64,000 bases of DNA, from IMG/VR virus record IMGVR_UViG_3300031555_002904; one strand, written 5' to 3'. The translations under genes and the position numbers were made by a program. Position 1 is the stretch's first letter; the number at the start of each line of letters is the position of its first letter. This document shows positions 53,541-64,000 of this stretch, in pieces. Below the pieces are notes generated by a model, which saw nothing but the letters and a program-made list of their open reading frames with translations, did not search any database and was not told the origin of the DNA. Source of the stretch: a virus (lineage: Duplodnaviria > Heunggongvirae > Uroviricota > Caudoviricetes).

Positions 53541-56500
53541 TTATACCTCCCCAGTATAATTATACTCAATATTAGCCAATCCAAGAGCAGAGGGGCCGTT
53601 AATTGCAACATCTGTCCATCCAGTAGGAGCTTCTGCAAATGAAGTATAGGCAGTTATATTAGATCCATAAGACATAAAAGCATTTGCTTCAATGGATGTA
53701 ACAGTATCCCAAATAAAGATACTCTTAATAGAAGAATGAGCACCAGTTAAACCCGCATTAGCGAAAGCATAAGTACCAATATAACTTAATCCAGAAGAGG
53801 ATCCAATTTCATTAGCTTGCTTACCAAAATTCGTAATTTGAATATTAGGACATTGCATGAATGCTGCCATTTCTATTTTTGTAATATTATCTGGTAAGGC
53901 AGATAATGTTACATTCTTTCCTGCTCCATAGAAGCTACTATCTTTTACAATAGTCAATTTAGAAGGTAAATTGGCAACATATAGAGCCTTAGTGTTATAG
54001 AAAGCACGCGTTCCAATATACACAAGATTATCACTCAAATGTCCTACGATACCATCTTTCGCATATTGCTCACTTACATGTTCCAATCCTTGAACACCAT
54101 TAAAAGCACTGTCTCTAATATACATAACTGACTCTGGTAAATATACACCTTTTAATTTAATATCAGCGCTATGCATATCAGTTTTAAATGCCTCAGTACC
54201 AACTTCATAGAAGAAAATGTTATCCATAAAGAAAATACCAGTAGCTCTTAAAGCGCTAGTAAAATATCCCATAGAAACAATAGGTAAGCCATTATGGGTT
54301 GCAGGAATAGTAATTTTACCCTTTAAATCATAGGCACTACTTGTTCTAATCTAATAACCTTCTACGTTATTTACAGTAACAGGTCCAATAAATTCAAAAT
54401 ATTTTTCATCAGTTGCTTTACTATAAACATTCTCTTGAACAAAGACAGCATAGAAGTTTCTATTTTCAATGGCTTTTACTGCCGTTACATCAATTACCAA
54501 CTTGGCGGCCGCCTCCTCAGAAGGCGCCACAGGGTTAGTTTGATATTTATCAGACCAGCCATAGAATGCCAAACGCTCTGTTAATGGCAATGATTCTTCA
54601 TCCGCCTCTCTACTTGGTACTTCAGCAGGCTCATAGAAATATTGACCATAAATGACTGTTGGCTTTTCTCCCAATTCAACATCACCATTATAGAATGTTG
54701 CAGTGTAGCTATCCCAATCAAATACTGCATATAAAATATGAGTCATTTTAGAGGTGCTAAATGTTAAAGCTTCAATTTCTTCATTACTTAAAACTTCTCC
54801 ATCTTCAGTTAGGCTCCAACCCTTAAAGTAGTGATGTAGTCTAGACGGATTTGCTTTAATATCTGTCACTTTAATAGGAGTAGTTGAACTCTTATCATAC
54901 TTTACAGATTGCAATTCAATAGTTTGTTTTGTACCTGCCTCTGCATCAGTAACAATTTCAACCATTTTTAGAGTATATGCAGGATCAACATTCGCAACAA
55001 AAATATTTAAATCGGGATAATAAGTATCCATAATCTATTTAATTTCAAATTCAGAAATTTTTGAAGTACTTGGGTTATTAATAAAAATATCACCAGATAA
55101 ATATGGATAAGTTGGACGGTCATCACCATATTCAGTAATATCTCTAAAATAGTTAGTATCACGATTTGCCAAATTCTCTTCGCCAATAAATAAGTTAATT
55201 AAACTTAAATCAGTTAAGCAATCTTGATCATTTAAAGCATCAGGCAATACTTCATATACCAAAGCATTTAATGTATTTTGATCCCAATCAGCATCTGTGG
55301 GAGTATAAGGAACAAATGTAGAATTCTCAGTTTTTAAAACATAAGATTTCTCATTATTTTTAGCTACTCCAGATTCAACTAATTTATAAGGAGACCATAA
55401 AACTTTTTCTAATGCTATAGAAATATTCTTTTGAGCATTGGTAAATTCAGCAGAGGTCTGCATAGTTTTCTTAATATCAACTAAATTTTTCATTAATTGA
55501 TAAGAACTATATCCCATATTGCCGCCAACAACTTGCAATTTTTCAATACCAGTAGAAGCATTTAAATTACCTGTGGAAGTGATACCAGGAATATAAAGAC
55601 CAGGTACAAAATTACCCTTAGCATCTTTCCAATCGCTCTCACCTTGAATTAAACCTTTTAATTTAATTGGCTCAATAAATGTCAAGTGTGCGATTGTATT
55701 AGGCAAGTGTACAATCTCCATTTGACCACCGTCCGCAAATGATACACCAGTAATAGTTGTTCCAAGAGCACGGAACTCTTTTAATTTTTCTGCACCAGTA
55801 ACATCAATAGCGCCAGTTAAAGATTGAACATTGGTTAAAATTACTTGCTCAAGTAGAGCTTTTGTATTCTCGTTAGGAGTACCATCTGGATTTAAAGCAC
55901 TAGCACCTAAAGTAAAGACTTTTAAAATACCATTATAAAAACCAGGAGTATCATTACCCACGCGTACGTCTCTTAAGCGCTTTAAAGCAGTTAAATACAA
56001 TTCATCAGGATACTTTAAACTCAAATCTCCAAGAGAAGAAATGTATTCGCCACCGCCAATATAGAATAACTGTTGAGTTAAACCTTTATAAGTTTCAACA
56101 GCAGTTTGTTTTTCCGCAGTTAGTTGTAATTTATTTGGATTTTTTCCATCCCACTTCTGTGGGAATGTCATCATAGTTTTATCAAACCATAAAGAATTGT
56201 ACTATTGTAAATATGGAGTAACTTCAAAAGTTAAATCCGCATCAAGTGGATGTGGATAAGTATATTGTTCAAAACCTGTATCTTCAGCAGTAATCTCTCG
56301 ATTTAAGTATTTATCAGAAGTACCACCATAGTTGGCATTACAACGAATCTGTAATTGAGAAACTGCGCCCTCATAAGCATAAGTATCTCCCAACCATTTA
56401 CTATCAATATAATTAAATCTATTTCTCAAGAATAAATCTCGATGTAATTGACGACTACCCTATAAACAATAGAAGCGCTTACCCTCATCTTTAGATATAG

Positions 56501-59500
56501 TGCCACTAGTATTAATGTAACCACTAAAAGTAGGAGCAATATATTTCCAATATTGATCAACATTAATAATATTAACGGGACGATGACCCATCATAGCGTA
56601 AGATCCACTTACATTGGCATCATAGTCATAATAACCTTTTAATTTTTCATATTTTAAGCCATTCTTGCGAATATCTTGATAGTAAGATTTTGCAGTATCT
56701 AAGAAACATTTTTCAAAATTATACCACAATACACTACCTGCGGTAGAGAAAATACCACCTTCGGTATTAACAATAGGAGATGGTTCGACATCATATTCCC
56801 AAGAAGGTACACCTGAATTATTAACACCTAATTGAGTATCAATATCGTAGAAGATAGGATACCAGATATAATTACCACCGACCTCTTGAGGTCCCCATGT
56901 AGCCAACATCATATTCTTACCACGAGAGTCATATAATAGTAACATTTCAGTCATAATAAAATAGATTGCACAATATTCCTAATCAAACCATTTATCAAAT
57001 TCATTAGCAAACTTGGCTAAACGATATTCAGCACTGTCTGTCGTATAAGTCTAACCACCAGCAGTATAAGGTTCAATAGGTTCATTGGTTGGTGCCAAAG
57101 AATTGGTAGATTCTAACCACTCAGCCACTTTACGTAGGTTATCATATTTACTCAATAAGAAAGTGTTAATTTCAGTCTAAGTTTTATTAGCAAAATCATT
57201 TTTCTTATCCAGAGCGTCATCAATATCATCTTCATCAACGTGATAACGATATTCAAAATCATTTAATACAGCCAATTTACCCTCATCATCTACTTCATCA
57301 AAATTAGTGACTGTAAATGATGTGCGGCCGCCTTGGTTATTTAGTAGCTCCCAGCATTCAGCAACATCTTTAAAAGTTTTGCCTTCAACATAAGGATGAG
57401 CAGTTTCATCTTCAAATCCAATAACATTATTACAACCTTTATCAAGATTATAATTGTAACGACCAATAAATTCATAGCTGCCATCTGCTTTCTTTTGGAA
57501 AACAATCATTGGGAAACCATAAACCGTAGTGCGGCGATCAGTTACATCAATATCAGGATCATAATCTTGCAAAGGATGTTTACTATATAAAGTCTTAACA
57601 AAACTAGCATAGCCCGTATTATGAGTCATAGAACTTTCCATATAATCGGCTTTCCAAGTAAATGTAGTTTCAGAGTAATGATTATCCATATAGAATCCTT
57701 TATACTCTACTCCTTCATACTCGTTCTTTTCACCGATTTCTTTACCTGCAAGAGGGCCATCAGTATATTTCCAAGAATTATCATCCTTCTTCTTGAATTT
57801 ACCTTTATAATTACGACGAGGATAACCTTGAGAAGATGTTCCTTGAACGTCAAACTCAATATTAGTAGCTGTATAACTAGGACATCCCATTAAGTATTGC
57901 GCACCAGTAATTAATTTATTTTTATAGGCATAATCCAAAGAAGGGTTGACGAAAGTTACATTAACTTTCTTTTTACCACCTTTAATATAAGGTAATAAAT
58001 CCTCGGTTTTATCTACACATTCCAACACTGCATAAGCCTATAATGGACTTTCTGGATGTGCATCATTATAATCTCTCATCTTAGTATAACTAATTGATGG
58101 GATATTATCTTTAAATTCAATAATTTGGTTCATATCATATAGCTCAGCGCTATTTTGATCGGCAATATAATTATGAACCACATCAGCGCTTGATAAAGCA
58201 GCCTAATAAATACGAACTTTATATAAATCAACATCACAATAATTTGAGTTAATTACTAAAGTTTTTACGCCACTAGCAAAAGAATCACTAGTTTTATCAT
58301 AATTAATAATAGAACTCATAATGCCATTAATATACATATAAATCAAAGGATATTGATTGGTTGCAGCAGCTTTTTCAGCAACAAAACTTACAGTTAAAAT
58401 TTCGTCTTCTTTATAACGACCAGAAGCAATAACCTGCTTAGATTTAAAGAAACCTTCTTGAGTTCCTAAGCACATGCCAATTTCATTATCATAATAATTG
58501 CACCATACACCGTCAGTAGATTTAACAGTTTTAGTAACTTTAACTTCTACAGTATTGCCTTCTGCGTCTTTAATTTCCTCAGAAGTAACCTCAATTAAAT
58601 TTTCATACTTTTGGACATTTCTTAATTTGAATTGAATTTCAAAAGTTAAGTTAGTATCCAAATCACGAGTATTCATAACACTAACAGGAATTTCAATGGA
58701 AGCACCATTACTAATTCTTAATACTGAATCCCCAGTAGCCAAATCATTAACCCAACCATTGTTATACCAGTTAAAATTATTAAACTTAACAACAGACTTT
58801 GTTCCATCACTACGTTCAAAGAACCAGGTTTGGCGTTCAGTCTCGTTTTCTGAATTACTTCTACCAACAGAAGTTAGATTTAAATATAAATCACTAGTTA
58901 AAATATCTAAATCTCGTAATTCATCTTCTTCTACATACAAAGATACGCTAGCAGAGGTAGTGCCACACATTAAAGTAAATGTATTTTCGCCCACCTCATA
59001 ATTGGAAATATTCCAATTTAACCAGGTAGTTTCACTATGAGCGATATTATCCAAGCTAGCAATCTCATTATTATTAATCCATCTACGAATTGAAGTACGA
59101 TCAGGAGATGCTGGATCATAAACCATATATTGGATATTTAGTTTATCATGGTTAGTAATTTTCTCTGGGACATTATTAAACCAAATAACAGGAGCATCAT
59201 TATTAGGTTCCAAAAAGACAATTTGATAAATCAAAGGTTTTGTTGCAATAGTGGTAACACCAGTATTATAAGTTAACTCAGCCTTCAATGTGTAAACACC
59301 ATGTTTCTTTTTTGGAATAGTTACAGACATAGATTGTTCATTATCTGTTGCAAGTAAATCCTTACAGGCGCTCTCTTCCAAAACATCATCAATATATACA
59401 TTTAATCTTTTCTTTACTGTGCCTACTGGAATAAAATGAAAACTCATATCAGAGTTATAGGCATATTTTAAAGGATTGAAATTAGAACTTTCTTTTAATG

Positions 59501-60218
59501 CTAATTCAATACAAGAAATTGAACCATATTGTAGTTGATTGGTACCAGAGTTGCTACCAATTGCCTCTACGACTAATGTATTCTAACCTTTACCAAGCAC
59601 ACTACCCAGATCAAAATTATGAGTTTCTCCTGAACGGACAGAAAAGGAATAAGTGTTAGATTGTTCTGTTGCGACATTGGTAACATGATAATTTAAAATT
59701 AAAACAGAATCATGTGAAGCACCGACAGAAAAATGTATAAACTATGGCTATTCAAAAATGTAGGTTTGCGCATTGGGAGCAGTACCTTCACAAGCCAATT
59801 CTACATATTTACCATCGCCAGTGTCTCCACCGCCGCCACCACCAGAACCCCCTCCGCCGCCAGTTCCACTAACAGCAATACGACTACATTTCAAAATACC
59901 AGCACTTTTATTATAAGAACGAACTTTATAGAAAGTACCATTAGAATTGATAATTAAGTCGTCTTTTTTAGGAGAAGCGTCTTGATCTTCTAAATCAGCA
60001 AAATAAATGATATAACTTAAATCAGTTAAATCTTGACTAACACTTGCGGCAGTTGCATATAGAACAGAAACTCCACCACCACCAACTGGAATACGCTCAC
60101 TCGCGGTATCCAAAAACATTTCACCAGTGTCAGTAGCAAAATATAAATTACCTTCAATAATTGCCTATGCTTGAATAGTATCACGCTTACCCTAAATAGG
60201 AATGAAAGGTGTATTCAT
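53541..60218 (-). CDS. Giant structural protein, 2225 aa: LamG-like domain, CotH-like kinase domain, InlB-B-like repeats, BspA-type LRR (code 15)
   Basis: Eight track ORFs share one frame separated only by TAG (14 by my count); QGTSSQGYPRRNYK, KADYMESS..HN, DSRGKN, PIFYDID; FKGWS and FYGWS; I...AF LRR repeats. Confidence 0.8.
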
Positions 60219-60368
60219 ATGAAGTGTTCTCCTTTCTCTCAAATAATTTTTTTTGTATAAAAGAAAAAAGGGACGAAAGAGATAACTCTTTCGCCCCTTA
60301 AGCCTTTATATTTTATCTCTCATAGAGATTTCAATTTTTTTATAAATTAATGATTATTTTTTGTCCAA

Positions 60369-62735
60369 TTAAGTAGCTGGATCAAAACTATCCCAAACCA
60401 TATTAATGGTCATAGTGTTGCCAGAAGCCTCAATAGTCAAATTAGAAGAAGCAGAAGTCACAGTAATCTGACCTAAGTCACCTGCAGTACCATTACCATT
60501 CAAAGAAGTTAAGTTAATATTGGCAGAAGCTGTACCAGCAACATCAGCTACACTCAACTTACCCTGCAATTCTGCCTTATAACCAGACTGAACATGGACC
60601 CACTCAATATCAGCAGCGGCCAAAACACCCTCAGTTTCAACAGCGTCTTCTTTAGCAGTGGCAATTAACAAATCACCAGCATAGCACTTTACTGCAGCAG
60701 TACTAGAATTATTGTCCAAATCCAGATTTAAAGCTAAATTAGATTCAGCAACAACATAAGTGTCACCAATATGAGCATCTTTTACTTTTACAGCATCCCA
60801 CTCATCAGCAGTAGAAATACCATCAATATAAGTTAAAGAATTAGCTGCATTAATTTTTCTTTCAATTTCAGCATTTAAATCAGTTCTTAATTGAGTATCA
60901 GCAGCTTCGCGATCTTCAATTTCTTTATCAAGATCAGCCTGCTTAGCATAAGTAGAAGCAGCATTCTGCAAAGCAAGAATATCAGTACCATGAGTCTTAA
61001 TAGTACCCTCAGCAGTACTTAAACGAGATTCTACATTAGCATTAGTAGTAGCCTGATCAGAATCCACTTTCTTCAAAGCATCAATTTCATCATTGATATC
61101 ATTGATTGCGCCCTCATTGGCAGCGGCTTTAGCAGCAGCACCATCAGCAACACCACTTACTGCGCTAATCTCATTAGCATTTGCAAGAGTCTTTTCATCG
61201 ACTTCTTTAATAGCACCATAAACAGTAGAACCAGCAGTGCCCTTAGTGCCAATATTTTGATTAATTAAATCAATAGCAGCAGCATTGTTAGCAGTCTCTG
61301 CATATAAACCAGAAGCAGCAGTGCTTCCAGACTTTGGAGCACCAACGGCAGTTTCTAAATTACCAACCTTAGTACTCAAACCATTAACAGTACTTTGATC
61401 AGCCTTGCCGCTTAAAGTGTTATTAATAGTAACAATATCAGCCTTAGCTTGATTTGCAACAGTCTCAGTAGCCTTCAAACGGCCCTTAATACTATCAGCT
61501 TTTTCATCATTACCAATAGCATTTTCATTAGCTTGTACTCGGCCTTCTAAAGCTTCGATATCAGCATCAACTAAAGTGTCTTTTGCTTGTAATTGAGCAA
61601 TATCATATTTTACTGTACCTGCGGTATTGGCATCACCAATCGCACCATTAGCAGCAGCTGCAGAATTGGCAGCATTTAAAATATCTTGTCTAATAGTTGG
61701 TAATTCATCATTAATTGCTTTTACATCAGCTTTAATCTCGGTATCAGCATTCTCTAACTTTTGAATTCTAGTTTCATGATCAGTCTTGGCAGTTTCCAAA
61801 GGAGTCAAACGACTCTTTACGCCAGCCAAGCCATCTTCTCCCTGCAAAGCCTCAATAGCTGCATTAGTAGTGGTATCAGCAGCCTTTAACTTAACAATAT
61901 CCTCAGCATTAGTGTTTGCTTTATTTTCTACTGCAGTAGTTCTAGAAGCCAAGCCATCAATGCGACTATTAGCAGTAGCGATGCTACCGTTTTCACCATC
62001 AATAGCGTCCAAACGAGTCTCATGGTCGTCTACACTATCCTGTAAGCTATTTAACCAAGGATAAACAGCAGCCTCACCTTCAGCACGAGTGCCCATGTTG
62101 GTTTCTAATGTAGTAACACGACCCTCATGATCTAAGATATCAGTAGCAGCATCAGTTTTCCAAGACTCTAAAGCTTCAATACGGTCAACCAAACCACCTT
62201 CATCATCTAAGCGGCCAACTAAAGTATTTAACTGCTCAGTCAAAGAGGCGCCTTCGCCACTTCCTAGACCTGTTAATTCATTTAATGCATCGACAGCATC
62301 TTGCAAATCTCTCAACCATACAAAAGCAGCTTTTTCGTCAGTTTCCTTGGTACCAACTTCGCCGCGCAAACCACTAATAGCATTAGCATTAGCAGTAATG
62401 TTGCCAGACAATTCAGCAGATTTAGCAGTAAATTCTGCTGCAGTAACGTTAATAACCAAGAACTTATCTGTAGAATCATCCCAACGGATTAAAGCACCCT
62501 GATCCGCAATGTAATAAATTACATCAGTAGAATAAGGTGGCTTAGTTGCTTCAGCAAAAGCAGTAGTACTTTCATAGAACTGAACAACACCTTGAATTCT
62601 CTTAGGAGCTTTTTCTGCGTCTACGCCTAAATATAAAGAGCCCTCATCTTTAGTGAAATAAATTGCACCAACTTCAGAAGTAGTCATTTTGACTAGATTT
62701 TCATGAGAACCCCATTTAAAATTCAAATTAGCCAT
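60369..62735 (-). CDS. Long coiled-coil tail/whisker-like structural protein
   Basis: 788 aa, heptad-rich A/D/T/N/E body, GAIYFTKDEGSLYLG N-terminus; no TAG. Confidence 0.7.
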   Translation of the reverse strand: MANLNFKWGSHENLVKMTTSEVGAIYFTKDEGSLYLGVDAEKAPKRIQGVVQFYESTTAFAEATKPPYSTDVIYYIADQGALIRWDDSTDKFLVINVTAAEFTAKSAELSGNITANANAISGLRGEVGTKETDEKAAFVWLRDLQDAVDALNELTGLGSGEGASLTEQLNTLVGRLDDEGGLVDRIEALESWKTDAATDILDHEGRVTTLETNMGTRAEGEAAVYPWLNSLQDSVDDHETRLDAIDGENGSIATANSRIDGLASRTTAVENKANTNAEDIVKLKAADTTTNAAIEALQGEDGLAGVKSRLTPLETAKTDHETRIQKLENADTEIKADVKAINDELPTIRQDILNAANSAAAANGAIGDANTAGTVKYDIAQLQAKDTLVDADIEALEGRVQANENAIGNDEKADSIKGRLKATETVANQAKADIVTINNTLSGKADQSTVNGLSTKVGNLETAVGAPKSGSTAASGLYAETANNAAAIDLINQNIGTKGTAGSTVYGAIKEVDEKTLANANEISAVSGVADGAAAKAAANEGAINDINDEIDALKKVDSDQATTNANVESRLSTAEGTIKTHGTDILALQNAASTYAKQADLDKEIEDREAADTQLRTDLNAEIERKINAANSLTYIDGISTADEWDAVKVKDAHIGDTYVVAESNLALNLDLDNNSSTAAVKCYAGDLLIATAKEDAVETEGVLAAADIEWVHVQSGYKAELQGKLSVADVAGTASANINLTSLNGNGTAGDLGQITVTSASSNLTIEASGNTMTINMVWDSFDPAT

Positions 62736-62755
62736 TATATTACTCTCCTTTTAAA

Positions 62756-64000
62756 TTAATTAGTTAATCCGTGCCAAGTTAAACGATCTTCAATTGCTGT
62801 AAATCTATTATTAGCAGCGGATACGTGATCATTAATAGAAGTTTCTAAAGCACTTACTTTACTGCTCACCGCAGTGACAGTAGAAGCATCAGCTTTAAGT
62901 GCTAAAACCTCATCAAGACCAGTAACTTTTGAATAATCAATTGCCTTAATAGACAAATGACCATCTTCAACATTTAATTGATTAGTGTCAACGGTTTTAA
63001 TAAACAAAGCATCTAATAGCTTATTATACATTTCATCAGTTAAATTGTTTTCAGAAAGTCCAGGGGTGGTAGCAGCATTTTTATTTAACCAATCCTCCAA
63101 GCCTTGAACATTCTCAACATTAACTGTACCAGAAATACCAACATTACCAGTCTCTTCATCAATAACTAGCTTTGCTAATTTTCCCTAATCAGTAGGACTT
63201 AATAAAGTCCAACCTTCGATCTTATCAACCTTACTATTTAAAGTATCTTGTAACCCAGTAACTTTATTGATAGTAAAAGGTTTTAAAGTTAATTGTCTAT
63301 CAATACCTTCTTCACTAACAACTTCAAAATCATTAGATACAGAATTGATAATATTTTTTTCTGCATTTACATTAACAGCTTCTAATTTTTCAGCTTCAGC
63401 AGCTGTAATTAAACGTTCACCATCCGCTTTATCAACCTTTTTGTTTAAGTCACTCTTCTTAGCATAATCAGTTAAATCGACTTCCCAAGAACCAACTTTT
63501 TCAACCACTTGAGTACCAGCAATGGTGACAACCATATACTCATCATACTTATCAGTATCAAAAATTTCATCGGCAGGTACCATAAAAATATATTGTTCAG
63601 CATCAGCATTTTCAGCCATATACTGTTCAATATCTGCTACACTACCAACAATCTTTCTCTTTAAATGAGCAGCTGCCGCAATCTTCGCGTCGGTTTCAGC
63701 CTTAGTATAAGCATCAACAGGAGCTTTCCAAGAGATTGAGCCATCAGATGCAACAGTTAATACCGTACCTGCGGCCGCTCCTTCTAATCCCTTTAAACTT
63801 AGTTCGCCAGTTTCAGAATCAACTACAAAAGCTTTATCATCAATAACTAAAACGAACTCTTCTACAGACTCCCCCGCAATAGGAGCTAAACTATTATCGG
63901 GCTGAATTACATATAAAGTAGCTTTATTATCTTCAACTACTACTAAAGTCTGACCATAATAATAAACAGACTCAGAGCTTCCAACCTCTTTTGCCAATGC
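62756..64000 (-). CDS. Structural tail protein (5' end outside the window; code 15)
   Basis: Track ORFs 63185..63997 and 62756..63100 are joined by TAG 63185; I.KV.GL...L..K repeats; DKYDEYM...EKVG motif. Confidence 0.7.

Noticed and set aside
1-64000. Many pseudogenes or sequencing errors (split thyA, nrdD, dnaE, recJ, fibres)
   Set aside because: Apart from the dnaB intron and the gyrB insertion, every break is an in-frame TAG, never TAA, TGA or a frameshift; recoding explains them all.

Overview
A 64-kb segment of a large, AT-rich tailed phage, most likely infecting a Firmicutes (Clostridia-like) host given strong AGGAG RBSs and consensus sigmaA promoters. The phage uses an alternative genetic code: TAG is read as Gln (code 15), while TAA and TGA remain stops. 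The supplied ORF track therefore fragments or misses many genes, and the coordinates below are re-derived with TAG=Gln. Layout: (i) 1-6.6 kb: three related tail-fibre genes, a small adhesin-like gene and a holin. (ii) 6.7-42.7 kb: a + strand replication and nucleotide-metabolism block under sigmaA promoters (gyrB, gyrA, RNase H, NAD ligase, thyA, DHFR, SSB, AAA recombinase, dnaB, primase, recJ, RecD-like helicase, dnaE, guanylate kinase, nrdD/nrdG, dUTPase, RuvC-like). gyrB has been invaded by a free-standing GIY-YIG element that supplies a recoded replacement 5' end, and dnaB carries a group I intron with a second GIY-YIG gene. (iii) 42.8-64 kb: mostly - strand late genes, namely a fourth fibre with a divergent adhesin, a six-gene cassette of unknown function with spore-surface-like features, and baseplate/tail proteins including a 2225-aa CotH-kinase/LamG/LRR protein. 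No tRNA, release factor, integrase, CRISPR array or DGR was seen. All domain assignments come from motif recognition by eye, not from database searches.
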